From positions 1,081-65,080 of the forward strand of contig JAZTZU010000064.1 of assembly GCA_045637625.1 (NCBI GenBank): DNA of 64,000 nt. Direction: 5' to 3'. The notes beneath the pieces were generated by a model. That model ran no database searches. It was not told where the DNA came from and worked only from the letters and a program-made list of their open reading frames with translations. A program made the position numbers and the translations under genes. Every line of letters starts with the position of its first letter. Position 1 is the first letter of the stretch. This DNA is from Eubacteriales bacterium. Its GTDB lineage: Bacteria; Bacillota; Clostridia; Oscillospirales; UBA644. Below, piece by piece: positions 49,480-57,800 of the stretch.

Positions 49480-50811
49480 TCACCTTCTTTCGTTTGTAAA
49501 GATCAGTTGTTTGCTGAATCTTTCCCATGCGTACTCTTCTGCGTCTGCCGTATCAATGTCAGTTGAGCCGTTGTCAAGTCGCTTGTCAGGGTGTGCTGTG
49601 TCCCACATTTGTGCTGCAGTGCTTTCAATTACATTTTTGCAGCTCTCAAGAACGCACCATCTGTCTTCAGCCATAAGTCTGCTTTTGCATGATACCCTTT
49701 CCGCTATCGGAAGTTTTCTGCTGTCGGATATCCCGGTTTTTATTCCCGCCCGCCTAAGTGCTTTTTTCATTCCATTGGTCAGGTATTGTGCTTCGCTGTC
49801 TGCAAAAATGTACTGAACAGGATATTCGGGAAAATCTTTTTCAAGTTCACGGTAAAATTTGATAAAACCCTCTTCCACCTCCGTTGGTGTGATTTCACCT
49901 TTTTTACCCGAAATTTTCGTGTCTTTCAGTACGCACAATCCTGCCATCCCCCTGCGAATACCTACCGCAACAAACGCAGATGCTGACATTGTTCCGCCGT
50001 AGTCTATTCCGATAACAACATGAGAAATATCGTCGGGAGGTTTCTGCTTTATCCACCTTTCAGGATTCTGCACAAAATTCATGAATATCAGTCCTTCAGC
50101 GGCGGCTCTTTCCCCGAGAATGCACCTTTTATACCAGAAGCTGCCGGGAACATATTGCTTTGTGATTTCTTCGATTCTGTCTTCGCTTATGGCGCGGTTA
50201 TCGAATATAGTGAATTTTTTATGGTTTACATCAAGCCCGTCCGCAATATACCTGTCTATGTATTTTTTGTATATCGCATGGTTTGGGTGGTCGGGGTTGA
50301 AGTCCCATAAAATTCGCCTCATTCCCGAAGCCAACAATCTGTTGAATGCTTCCGAAACAAAACAGTGGTCATCGTCTGAAATGTAATGCTTGTTTACCTC
50401 TGACGCGATCCACATTCCGTAGGAGTTTCCTCGGATTTTTTTGTAGCTGTCAGATTTTCCTCCGCCTGCAAAAATAACGACTCTTTCAAGTTTTTTCTTT
50501 GTTGTGATGAACAGCGCTGTAGTTCCCTTGTATTGACCCCAATGGCATCTCCCTCGGAAAATATGCTCAAGACCAAAACCGTTACAGTCGCCGATATTCA
50601 TGCAGGCAGCTGAAAGGGAGGTCCCTGTGGCAAGATGGAGCTTGTCAGGGGATCTTTCCAACAGCATTGCAAAAGCGTAAACATTGCTTATTGTTTTTCC
50701 CGAACGAACAGCCCCCTCGGCGAAATTGTAGGTGTGGCGGAGACACGCAGAGATATACTCTTTGTGAAGTTTTGAAAAGGGCTTCCATTTTATTTTTTTC
50801 GATCTTACCAT
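49480..50811 (-). CDS. Large terminase subunit (PBSX family)
   Basis: Walker A EGAVRSGKT, KIRG, Walker B WIASE, DFNP, nuclease GIDYG / FADS / DTADA..YA. Confidence 0.9.
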   Translation of the reverse strand: MVRSKKIKWKPFSKLHKEYISACLRHTYNFAEGAVRSGKTISNVYAFAMLLERSPDKLHLATGTSLSAACMNIGDCNGFGLEHIFRGRCHWGQYKGTTALFITTKKKLERVVIFAGGGKSDSYKKIRGNSYGMWIASEVNKHYISDDDHCFVSEAFNRLLASGMRRILWDFNPDHPNHAIYKKYIDRYIADGLDVNHKKFTIFDNRAISEDRIEEITKQYVPGSFWYKRCILGERAAAEGLIFMNFVQNPERWIKQKPPDDISHVVIGIDYGGTMSASAFVAVGIRRGMAGLCVLKDTKISGKKGEITPTEVEEGFIKFYRELEKDFPEYPVQYIFADSEAQYLTNGMKKALRRAGIKTGISDSRKLPIAERVSCKSRLMAEDRWCVLESCKNVIESTAAQMWDTAHPDKRLDNGSTDIDTADAEEYAWERFSKQLIFTNERR

Positions 50812-51135
50812 TTAATCGCCGTCTCCGAAAACCTCCAGTTCATCGAAATCCTCAATCTCATCTTCGGGTCTTCTTTTCCAAAGTCCAAGATAATCGCCCA
50901 GTTTCAAAAGGGCAGTCAGCTTGTTGTACATTTTGAATCTGAATCCCGATTTTCCGTTGCGAATTTCAGCCACCGCGCGAATGTCAACCTTGTCGCTGTT
51001 TTTGACAGACACCACAACTTCTCCGTTCTCGTTTTCCGCATAACTTATGTAATTGTCAATGTTGTCAAAAGCTATTTTTGCCAGCTCCTGAATAACTCTT
51101 TCTTCGGTGACTTTTTCTTTTTTCTTCTTCGGCAT
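50812..51135 (-). CDS. Small terminase subunit, apparently lacking the N-terminal HTH
   Basis: VTEERVIQELAKIAF and KMYNKLTALLKLGDYLGLW match the C-terminal part of Terminase_2; GAGGTG RBS. Confidence 0.75.
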   Translation of the reverse strand: MPKKKKEKVTEERVIQELAKIAFDNIDNYISYAENENGEVVVSVKNSDKVDIRAVAEIRNGKSGFRFKMYNKLTALLKLGDYLGLWKRRPEDEIEDFDELEVFGDGD

Positions 51136-51161
51136 TTACTCACCTCTCTTTCCGTGTTTAT

Positions 51162-51236
51162 ATTATATCACTAATCGTGTATCTAAAACTGTTGGATTTA
51201 TCCACAGTTTGTGTTTGTTTTTATCACATATTGTGA
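51162..51236 (-). promoter_or_regulatory. Putative activator-dependent promoter of the phage-like operon
   Basis: Extended -10 TGATATAAT (51162-51170) with no -35; palindromes at 51186-51210 (containing TTATCCACA) and 51224-51236. Confidence 0.55.
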
Positions 51237-51257
51237 CTATAACTGTGCTAAATTATC

Positions 51258-51457
51258 AAGTTTGCAATGATTTTCAACTAATAGGCTCTGATTACGAAGA
51301 GTGTAAACAGCTTTTTTGAAAGATGATCCGGATATTGTAATCGAAAATATGATGAGGAAGTTTCTTTTCGCTCGTTAAAACTTCAGATTTCAGTATACGG
51401 TCCTTATGGAAAAGTTGAATCTGTAATGGTTGCAAAAGAAGGATATTTCCAATCTTA
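51258..51457 (+). pseudogene. Probable degraded gene remnant
   Basis: Protein-like segments in shifting frames (FQLIGSDYEECKQL / DDPDIVIEN / QISVYGPYGKVESVMVAKEGYFQS*) followed by a terminator. Confidence 0.35.
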
Positions 51458-51458
51458 A

Positions 51459-51494
51459 AAATTAAGGGGTCGGTTTTGCCGACCCTTTTAATTT
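51459..51494 (+). terminator. Intrinsic terminator
   Basis: AAGGGGTCGG-TTTTG-CCGACCCTTT hairpin. Confidence 0.6.
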
Positions 51495-51539
51495 ATGCGG
51501 AATCTGTAATTTATTTAAAAATTTAATTTGTTAAACCCA

Positions 51540-51568
51540 TTGACTTTTCAAATTTAATGTGGTATAAT
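51540..51568 (+). promoter_or_regulatory. sigma-A promoter
   Basis: TTGACT-N17-TATAAT with extended TG. Confidence 0.7.
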
Positions 51569-51600
51569 TTGTTTGAAAATAATTTCAGGAGGAATCCTTT

Positions 51601-53088
51601 ATGAAAAAACCGATTTACATGAACATTGATATCAATAGTTGCACAACTCCTTATCTGAATAAAATGTCCAAAGAGGAAAATATTTCAGAGGCTACGCTCT
51701 ATTCCTACATGGATCAGTATGCAAACACGGGAATCACGGATATTCTTATTGACGTTTTCTGCCAATACTCAGCCACCGATTCAAAAATCTGGACAACTTA
51801 TGCAGACAAATATTTGCAGAAAATCGAAAACGGGGTAGAGGTGGATTATACCGACCGTTATAAGGGCCTTTATAAGTTCAACAAAATTCACGGCATTGAC
51901 CCCCATACGGTTTGGTTTAAAAGATGCCGCGAGATCGGTATAAATCCTTGGATTTCCATACGCATGAATGACTGCCATTGCCCTGACGATGATGCTTGCT
52001 TCCTCCGCAGTGATTTCTTCTACGAAGCCCGTGAAAAAGGCTGGATGGTAGGGGATAAATATGGTTATTTCCGATACTGTTTTGACTATGCGGTAAAAGA
52101 AGTCCGTCAAAAAATGCTTGATTATATTGAAGAGCAGATAAACCGCTACGATGTTTACGGCATCGAACTTGATTTCCAGCGCGAAATAGTTTGCTTTGAC
52201 TATCTGGATAATAAAAATTGCGCAGAAATTATGAACGACTTCATGCGCAATGCTTATAAAATTATTAAAAATGCTGAAAAAATTCACGGTCACGAAATTA
52301 AGATCGCAGTCAGATTGCAGCGTGATATTGAGCAGAATCTTATATACGGTTTTGATGCAAAAACCTGGAACGATGAAAAGCTTGTTGATCTTATCGTTGT
52401 TACCCCAAGATGGGAAACATGTGATACGGATATGCCCATTTCCCAATGGGTCGACACTTTGAAAAACACCGAGATCGTTGCAGGCATAGAAACATTGCTT
52501 TCGCAGCCCCATTTTGTTTCCCATGCATCGCCCGAACATGTTCGCGGTATGATGAATAAGTATCTGCAGCAGGGTTCCGAGGGTACATACCTTTTCAATT
52601 ATTTCACCATTCCATGGCGTGATTACAGCCGTTGTTTTGAGATATTCAACACATGTACAGACATTGATACCATTCAGAGTTTACCTCAGCGTCACGCCTT
52701 GGGTTTCCAGGATATTGCCCCCGAAGGCTGTAACCGCTGGAAGATCCTTCCCGCAGAATTTGATACCGTTTTTGAATTTGAAATCACTACCGGAAAGCTC
52801 CCGGTAGGAAAAAATCTGTCCGTAGTTTTAGGCTTTGAGATCGGTTCTCCCTCAGATGCTGTCATTGAGGTCAACGGTAATCTCTGCGATAATTTTGAAG
52901 CAGTTGACCCCTTTGATTTATCGCCTACTTCCACAGCACAGCTATGTGAAGATAAGTGGAATGACATCGAAACTTACTATTATCGTTGTCTTGCAGGCGT
53001 TTGCGATGGTTCCGACACCTACAAAATAAAAATAACCTCAAACGGTTCTAAGCTTAAGCTTATCGCCGCCGAGGTTGATTTGTATTAA
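51601..53088 (+). CDS. Putative glycoside hydrolase-like TIM-barrel protein (GHL10-like)
   Basis: WISIRMNDCH, FDYA..EVR, YGIELDFQR, YLFNY. Confidence 0.6.
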   Translation: MKKPIYMNIDINSCTTPYLNKMSKEENISEATLYSYMDQYANTGITDILIDVFCQYSATDSKIWTTYADKYLQKIENGVEVDYTDRYKGLYKFNKIHGIDPHTVWFKRCREIGINPWISIRMNDCHCPDDDACFLRSDFFYEAREKGWMVGDKYGYFRYCFDYAVKEVRQKMLDYIEEQINRYDVYGIELDFQREIVCFDYLDNKNCAEIMNDFMRNAYKIIKNAEKIHGHEIKIAVRLQRDIEQNLIYGFDAKTWNDEKLVDLIVVTPRWETCDTDMPISQWVDTLKNTEIVAGIETLLSQPHFVSHASPEHVRGMMNKYLQQGSEGTYLFNYFTIPWRDYSRCFEIFNTCTDIDTIQSLPQRHALGFQDIAPEGCNRWKILPAEFDTVFEFEITTGKLPVGKNLSVVLGFEIGSPSDAVIEVNGNLCDNFEAVDPFDLSPTSTAQLCEDKWNDIETYYYRCLAGVCDGSDTYKIKITSNGSKLKLIAAEVDLY

Positions 53089-53107
53089 GGATATTGGATA
53101 TTTATTT

Positions 53108-53388
53108 GCGGGGGAACATTTTTGTAAAATTGTTCCCCCGCACCCCTTCAAAAAACTTTTGTGTAAAGCATATAAAATAAATATTGATTTGCGGGAAACC
53201 CCCTTTTAGGAACAATGGGGTTTCCCGCGCCCTTTCCCGAAAACTCCTTTGAGTGAGATTAAATTGGGTCAGCCAAGAATTTTCTATTTCAGTTATATAC
53301 CTGAAGCATTGAAAATGCTTCGCCAAAAGTTTATTTGGAAAGGGGTACGGGGGAAACCTATTTTTACAAAAAATGGTTTCCCCCGTAA
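53108..53388. repeat. Cluster of three REP-like units between convergent genes
   Basis: Units at 53108-53160 and 53191-53246 (reverse) and 53325-53388 (forward, near-identical to 11537-11597). Confidence 0.85.
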
Positions 53389-53399
53389 ATATTCTGCAC

Positions 53400-54188
53400 T
53401 TATTTAACTATCAGATCTTTAACACTTCCCGTTACGATGTCAGGGTGAATGTTGTATTTTTCGATGTCATCCATAGTGCTTTCTCCTGAAAGAACCATGA
53501 CTGTAAGGATTCCCGCATTGAGTCCGCAAGCGATATCGGTGTATATTCTGTCTCCGACAAGTACTGCGTCTTCCGGCTTTTTATGTTTGTATGAAACTGC
53601 GGATAGAGCCATTTCTTTGCGAGGCTTGCCGATGTAAAAAGGTTCTTTTCCGGTAGCTTTGTTCAGCATGTAGCACATAGTCGCACAGTCCGGAAGATAT
53701 CTTTTGTTCTTGGCAGGGCATACTACGTCAGGGTTTGTTGCGTAGAACGGAATCCCGTCGTCGAGAAGTCCGCTTGCGATCTCCAGCTTTTTGTAGGTCA
53801 GTTCAGTATCGTATCCCACAAGAACGTAGTCAATGTCGCCTTTTCCGTCTTCTGAAATTTCGATCCCCATGGAAATAAGTTCTTTTTTCAGAGATTCTGT
53901 ACCAACAAGGTAGATTCTTGGGGATTTTTTAAGTCCTAAGAGATAATTACCTGTCGCTTGCCCTGAAGTGAAAATATTACTTTCATCTGCGGGGATATTC
54001 AGCGCCTTCAACTTCTTTAAATAGTCCGAAGAGCTTTTTGAAGAGTTGTTTGTCATGAATATATAATCTTTTCCATTGTCGCGGAGACTTTTAAGAAAGT
54101 CTGCCGCACCGTCGATCAGTTCATTTTCAAAATATATAGTGCCGTCCATATCAAGCAGATACAGACTTTTGTTTTCAAGTCTTTTCAT
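53400..54188 (-). CDS. HAD-IIA (NagD-like) phosphatase
   Basis: LLDMDGTIY, MTNNSS, ATNPD, IGKP, VGDRIYTDI. Confidence 0.9.
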   Translation of the reverse strand: MKRLENKSLYLLDMDGTIYFENELIDGAADFLKSLRDNGKDYIFMTNNSSKSSSDYLKKLKALNIPADESNIFTSGQATGNYLLGLKKSPRIYLVGTESLKKELISMGIEISEDGKGDIDYVLVGYDTELTYKKLEIASGLLDDGIPFYATNPDVVCPAKNKRYLPDCATMCYMLNKATGKEPFYIGKPRKEMALSAVSYKHKKPEDAVLVGDRIYTDIACGLNAGILTVMVLSGESTMDDIEKYNIHPDIVTGSVKDLIVK

Positions 54189-54199
54189 ATTCGTTATCC

Positions 54200-55807
54200 T
54201 TATTTGATTTTCAGTTCTATAACACCGTTTTCTGATTCTGCTGCAATTCCGCCCATTGCCCATGAACCCTGTTCAAGCTTTAGTGCATAAGGGAAACCTC
54301 TGTGGCTGAGAATGAGGTCTTTTCCGTTGATACTTTCGATCTTCGGCAGTCTGTCTGCTTTATCTGAAAGCTGTTTGGGACCATCAATAGCATTGTTGGC
54401 CTGTGGGTCAAACTTGCATTCAAATCCGAAATCCTTAGTTTCATCGGAGCAGAGGATCGTTATTTTTTCTTCTGCAAGGGTAATTTCAATATCTCCGCAG
54501 GAGGTCTCCGTGAATGTTACAACCGCGTTGCCACCGAGTTCTTCATAAAGAACTTCCTTGAATTTAAGTGCTTTCTTTTCACCGTTTACTACTTCATAGG
54601 GATATGCACCCGCAAGGATTCCGTTACCGCTGAATCTGTTTCCGTCGATGACAGGGAGAGTGTCAAACTGGAGATAATCTGTTTTGCAGGTGTCGTCTCT
54701 GTATCTTTCGGAATATTTTTCATCGAAAACATGAATATCTCTGATCTTGAAATTTTCACCGTCAGCAAAGAGATTTGCTCTGTAGTTTTTGCAGTTGTAC
54801 CAGACGGACTTCTTGTTGGAATTCTGCCAGTCATCAAGCGCAACTATCGTATTTGCAGGAGTTGTTTTATATGTGTTCTGATACCATTCGCCTGTTTCGC
54901 TGAGTTTTTCAGTAACGAGAAGACCCTTATCCTGCATTTCTTTGATCTTTCCGATTTGGTCAAGATATCCGTCTTTCATGTCTGCCCAACCGAAGCTGTT
55001 TTCCTGACCCGCCTGAACGTAGGAGAATTCAAGATTATTGTTGTTGTAGTTTGTTTTAAGGAACCAATCCACCCATTCGGGATTGCCGCCGCCACCGCCG
55101 TTTCCTGTATATACAGGTTCGAGAGTTATAACATCCTGGCCGTTGTCTCCGGGAGTTCCGCAGTCGTACTGGTAAACAGGGTCAGAACCAAGCATTCTGA
55201 AAACAGGAACTTTTATCTGGTATGCTTCATTCTGTGCGGGACTGTAAGAGTTCATTCTGCTGGGGTAGTAGCCCTGACCGTAGTAGCCGCCCCACATGGT
55301 GTAACCGTCTGTTCCCCATTGTTCCTTGCAGTTGCAGAAAGCTTTCATTCCGTATTTATCGTGGGCGTAAGCAGCTGTTGCCGCATCAAAAGCCCATGAG
55401 CCCATAGATGTGGGGTAGTAGCCGAAAGTCTCTTTAAATTTTTCAAAAAGCTCATCTATCATAGCTTTTCTCTGTTCGATGGTATAACCTACGGAGAAAC
55501 CGCAATGAGCGTGCCAGTCCCAAGGGAAACGGCCGTTCCATTTCAGACCTATTTTTTCAACAAGTGGCTGTACTATTTCAAGCCAAACTCCTATTTCATA
55601 CTGAGATCTGTCAAGCCCTTTAAGGAGCTCTGTATATTCGGGATTCAGGAGTGCGTCATACTGAATGAGAAATGTGCATTTGATACCAAGCTCATTGTGT
55701 ATCTTTATCTGCTCAACCACCGGCTCAACGAGAGAGTAGTCAACACGGGGGTCAACTCCTCTGATAAAATTTATAAAGTTTACAACATTGCGTTTTTCCA
55801 TAATCAT
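54200..55807 (-). CDS. Conserved hypothetical protein (possible carbohydrate-active, NodB/GH57-like barrel)
   Basis: Long ORF with VNFINFIRG, TFLIQYDAL, EQWGTDGYTMWGGY, GQENSFGW; upstream TTGACT-N17-TATACT promoter. Confidence 0.6.
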   Translation of the reverse strand: MIMEKRNVVNFINFIRGVDPRVDYSLVEPVVEQIKIHNELGIKCTFLIQYDALLNPEYTELLKGLDRSQYEIGVWLEIVQPLVEKIGLKWNGRFPWDWHAHCGFSVGYTIEQRKAMIDELFEKFKETFGYYPTSMGSWAFDAATAAYAHDKYGMKAFCNCKEQWGTDGYTMWGGYYGQGYYPSRMNSYSPAQNEAYQIKVPVFRMLGSDPVYQYDCGTPGDNGQDVITLEPVYTGNGGGGGNPEWVDWFLKTNYNNNNLEFSYVQAGQENSFGWADMKDGYLDQIGKIKEMQDKGLLVTEKLSETGEWYQNTYKTTPANTIVALDDWQNSNKKSVWYNCKNYRANLFADGENFKIRDIHVFDEKYSERYRDDTCKTDYLQFDTLPVIDGNRFSGNGILAGAYPYEVVNGEKKALKFKEVLYEELGGNAVVTFTETSCGDIEITLAEEKITILCSDETKDFGFECKFDPQANNAIDGPKQLSDKADRLPKIESINGKDLILSHRGFPYALKLEQGSWAMGGIAAESENGVIELKIK

Positions 55808-56010
55808 AACCTGCCTTCGGACTTTGTCCGCTAATTTCTTTTCCACATTAGTATACCACAGAATTTACTGAAAGTCAATACTTTGAGAGAAAAAAATAAG
55901 ATAATCCAATTTGAAGTTTGAAAATTAGATTATCTGTGTTCGTTTTATTTGCAATGCAATGTATAGATATGATTCGGTGAGTTATACTATAAGCAAAAGG
56001 AGGTAAACAC

Positions 56011-56847
56011 ATGAAAATACTGAAAAATTTACTGATAACTTTTTTGCTTTTGGCGGCAGTCACGTCCTGCGGAAAAAGCGGTGAAGAGGGAAAAAACGAC
56101 CCGAATTCCGGCAACAATGCGGGGAATAATAACTCTGCGGCTCAGGAAACGCCTCCCGAAGAGGTTTTTCTTTCGGGAAAGGTCATTTCCGTGTCGTATA
56201 ATGAAAATGGGATTGCTGATTTTACGGTTCTTACAGATGATGAATCCGTTTGCAGGGTCACTCCCGGCGCTGTTTCACAGAATGCTGTTGCTGTCGGGCA
56301 GAATATCCTCGTGACTGTTGACGGCTCTGTTCTTGAATCCGACCCCATGCAGGCTGTGGCAAAAAATGTGGATGTCACCGAGGAATTTAACGAAATGCCC
56401 ATGGATATCGAGGTTTATACCGTTTACGGGGTCGTTGCTTCGAAAATTTCAGAGGCATTGACAAGCTCGGGCTTCAGATTCTACCGTTTTGAAAATTTCA
56501 ATGAATGTCTTGATTTTCTTGATGAAAACGATCTTTCTGCGGAGTTTTCGGAAGTTGTGGGGGATGCTGATATTTCAGCGTTGACAGATAAATTTTTTGA
56601 GCAAAATTCCCTTGGCGTTTTTGTTGTTGACAGTGTGGAAAACGAGGGGAATCAGGTCGAAAATATTTATTATAGCGGTGGAGATCTCTATCTTTCTCTT
56701 TCTCAGACATCTGTGAACGCAGTTCTTGTTAATACAAAATTTGATGTGTTCCTTATGCCATTAGAAAAAGATATTGATGTCAGGAACGGGATTGTCCTTG
56801 TGGAAAAATATTTGAAACCATCTCTTGGTGAAACTGAAAAGGAGTGA
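56011..56847 (+). CDS. Lipoprotein of unknown function
   Basis: AGGAGG RBS; lipobox AVTSC; 'ESDPMQ' YobA-like motif. Confidence 0.7.
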   Translation: MKILKNLLITFLLLAAVTSCGKSGEEGKNDPNSGNNAGNNNSAAQETPPEEVFLSGKVISVSYNENGIADFTVLTDDESVCRVTPGAVSQNAVAVGQNILVTVDGSVLESDPMQAVAKNVDVTEEFNEMPMDIEVYTVYGVVASKISEALTSSGFRFYRFENFNECLDFLDENDLSAEFSEVVGDADISALTDKFFEQNSLGVFVVDSVENEGNQVENIYYSGGDLYLSLSQTSVNAVLVNTKFDVFLMPLEKDIDVRNGIVLVEKYLKPSLGETEKE

Positions 56848-56853
56848 GCTTTT

Positions 56854-57060
56854 ATGCCTTACAAACGCGGCCCGAAGAAAAAATTTCCGTCAAAAAATGG
56901 CTCAGGTACGGTTTTTTCAACTTCGGATAAAAAGAATTTTTTGAACTATACAGAGTTCGGTGAGGAGTTCTTTTGCAGTAATGAAGACCCCAATGGAATG
57001 TATACGGGGTTTCCTGTTGAAAAAAACGAGATTCCTACGCAGGACGCAGACGATCTTTGA
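56854..57060 (+). CDS. Small hypothetical protein (DPNG.YTG...P.QDADDL type)
   Basis: AAGGAG RBS; distinctive acidic C-terminus. Confidence 0.6.
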   Translation: MPYKRGPKKKFPSKNGSGTVFSTSDKKNFLNYTEFGEEFFCSNEDPNGMYTGFPVEKNEIPTQDADDL

Positions 57061-57107
57061 TCAAAATAAAAAAGCCTCTTCCTGATATTAAAAAGGAAGA
57101 GGTTTTG

Positions 57108-57440
57108 TTATATTCCAAAGTGTATTACGAATTTGCTGTCTTCAGCTGCTGCTCGTAGGAGTTTTATCAGCTTGGAAAGTTCAGGAATTTCTGCTTTTTC
57201 AAACAGCTTCGCCATTTTTTCTGCTGAGTCCGGAGGAATGAGGGTTATTCCCGATTCATTTAATCCGTTGAACGGCTCTTTTGTTGTGTGGGAGAATGTG
57301 GGGATGACGATCGTTCTTGTCAAAATGCGGTCGATGATCTCCATGTTCACGGCTACGATCTTTTCGTATTTTTCGGGTTCGTATTTATCGTATCTGCCTT
57401 TGGGAAGCTCCTGCATGATACCGAATTCGTGATAAGCCAT
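57108..57440 (-). CDS. Hypothetical protein
   Basis: CAGGTG RBS; HEFGI N-terminus, GL..SGITLIPP, terminal VIHFGI. Confidence 0.65.
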   Translation of the reverse strand: MAYHEFGIMQELPKGRYDKYEPEKYEKIVAVNMEIIDRILTRTIVIPTFSHTTKEPFNGLNESGITLIPPDSAEKMAKLFEKAEIPELSKLIKLLRAAAEDSKFVIHFGI

Positions 57441-57611
57441 AAGTGTCACCTGTTTTCTGATTTACATTGATGTTTTTTTGACTGTGTATAGTATACACCA
57501 AAAGGGGATAAAAGTCAACCTTAAAGTACGAAAGTTTGCATAAAAACCTTTTAAAGGGGTGTTCTGTCAAGAAAAATTCAGAAAAACACGTAACTTTCTC
57601 TTTAAAAGTAC

Positions 57612-57640
57612 TTGACATCAAGGCTTAAACGTGGTATAAT
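57612..57640 (+). promoter_or_regulatory. Consensus sigma-A promoter
   Basis: TTGACA-N17-TATAAT with extended TG. Confidence 0.8.
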
Positions 57641-57645
57641 AGTTT

Positions 57646-57712
57646 TGCAAACGAGATGAGCCGTTGAGTGAAACTTCAATAGGCAATAACCGTTGTTTTC
57701 AAAGTCCTTTTT
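57646..57712 (+). ncRNA. Candidate small structured RNA
   Basis: Lies downstream of a consensus promoter; folds as AACG..GCC-GTTGAG-TGAAA-CTTCAAT-AGGC..CGTT; trmL has its own promoter. Confidence 0.35.
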
Positions 57713-57737
57713 ATATATAAAGTTCATAAAATTTCGC

Positions 57738-57766
57738 TTGAAAAAAACGCTTATATGTGGTATACT
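57738..57766 (+). promoter_or_regulatory. sigma-A promoter of trmL
   Basis: TTGAAA-N17-TATACT with extended TG. Confidence 0.6.
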
Positions 57767-57800
57767 TTTAGGTGGAAGTTTTAAAGAAAGGTGAAATATA

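Larger units (their letters stand above)
42080..51135 (-). mobile_element. Compact phage-derived head/tail/lysis operon; candidate gene transfer agent (GTA)-like cluster
   Basis: 13 co-oriented, closely spaced ORFs from terS to endolysin; no integrase, repressor or replication genes in the flanks. Confidence 0.75.

Noticed and set aside
42080-51135. Interpretation as a complete prophage or as a tailocin
   Set aside because: No integrase, att site, repressor or replication genes (not a complete prophage); it has terminase, portal and capsid but no sheath or tape measure (not a tailocin). A degraded prophage remnant cannot be excluded.
53108-53388. Possible CRISPR array
   Set aside because: Units differ in sequence and orientation, spacing is irregular and no cas genes are present; better described as REP-like
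57650-57700. Hammerhead ribozyme
   Set aside because: The core reads AGATGA...AATAAC rather than CTGATGA...GAAA; kept only as an unknown RNA candidate
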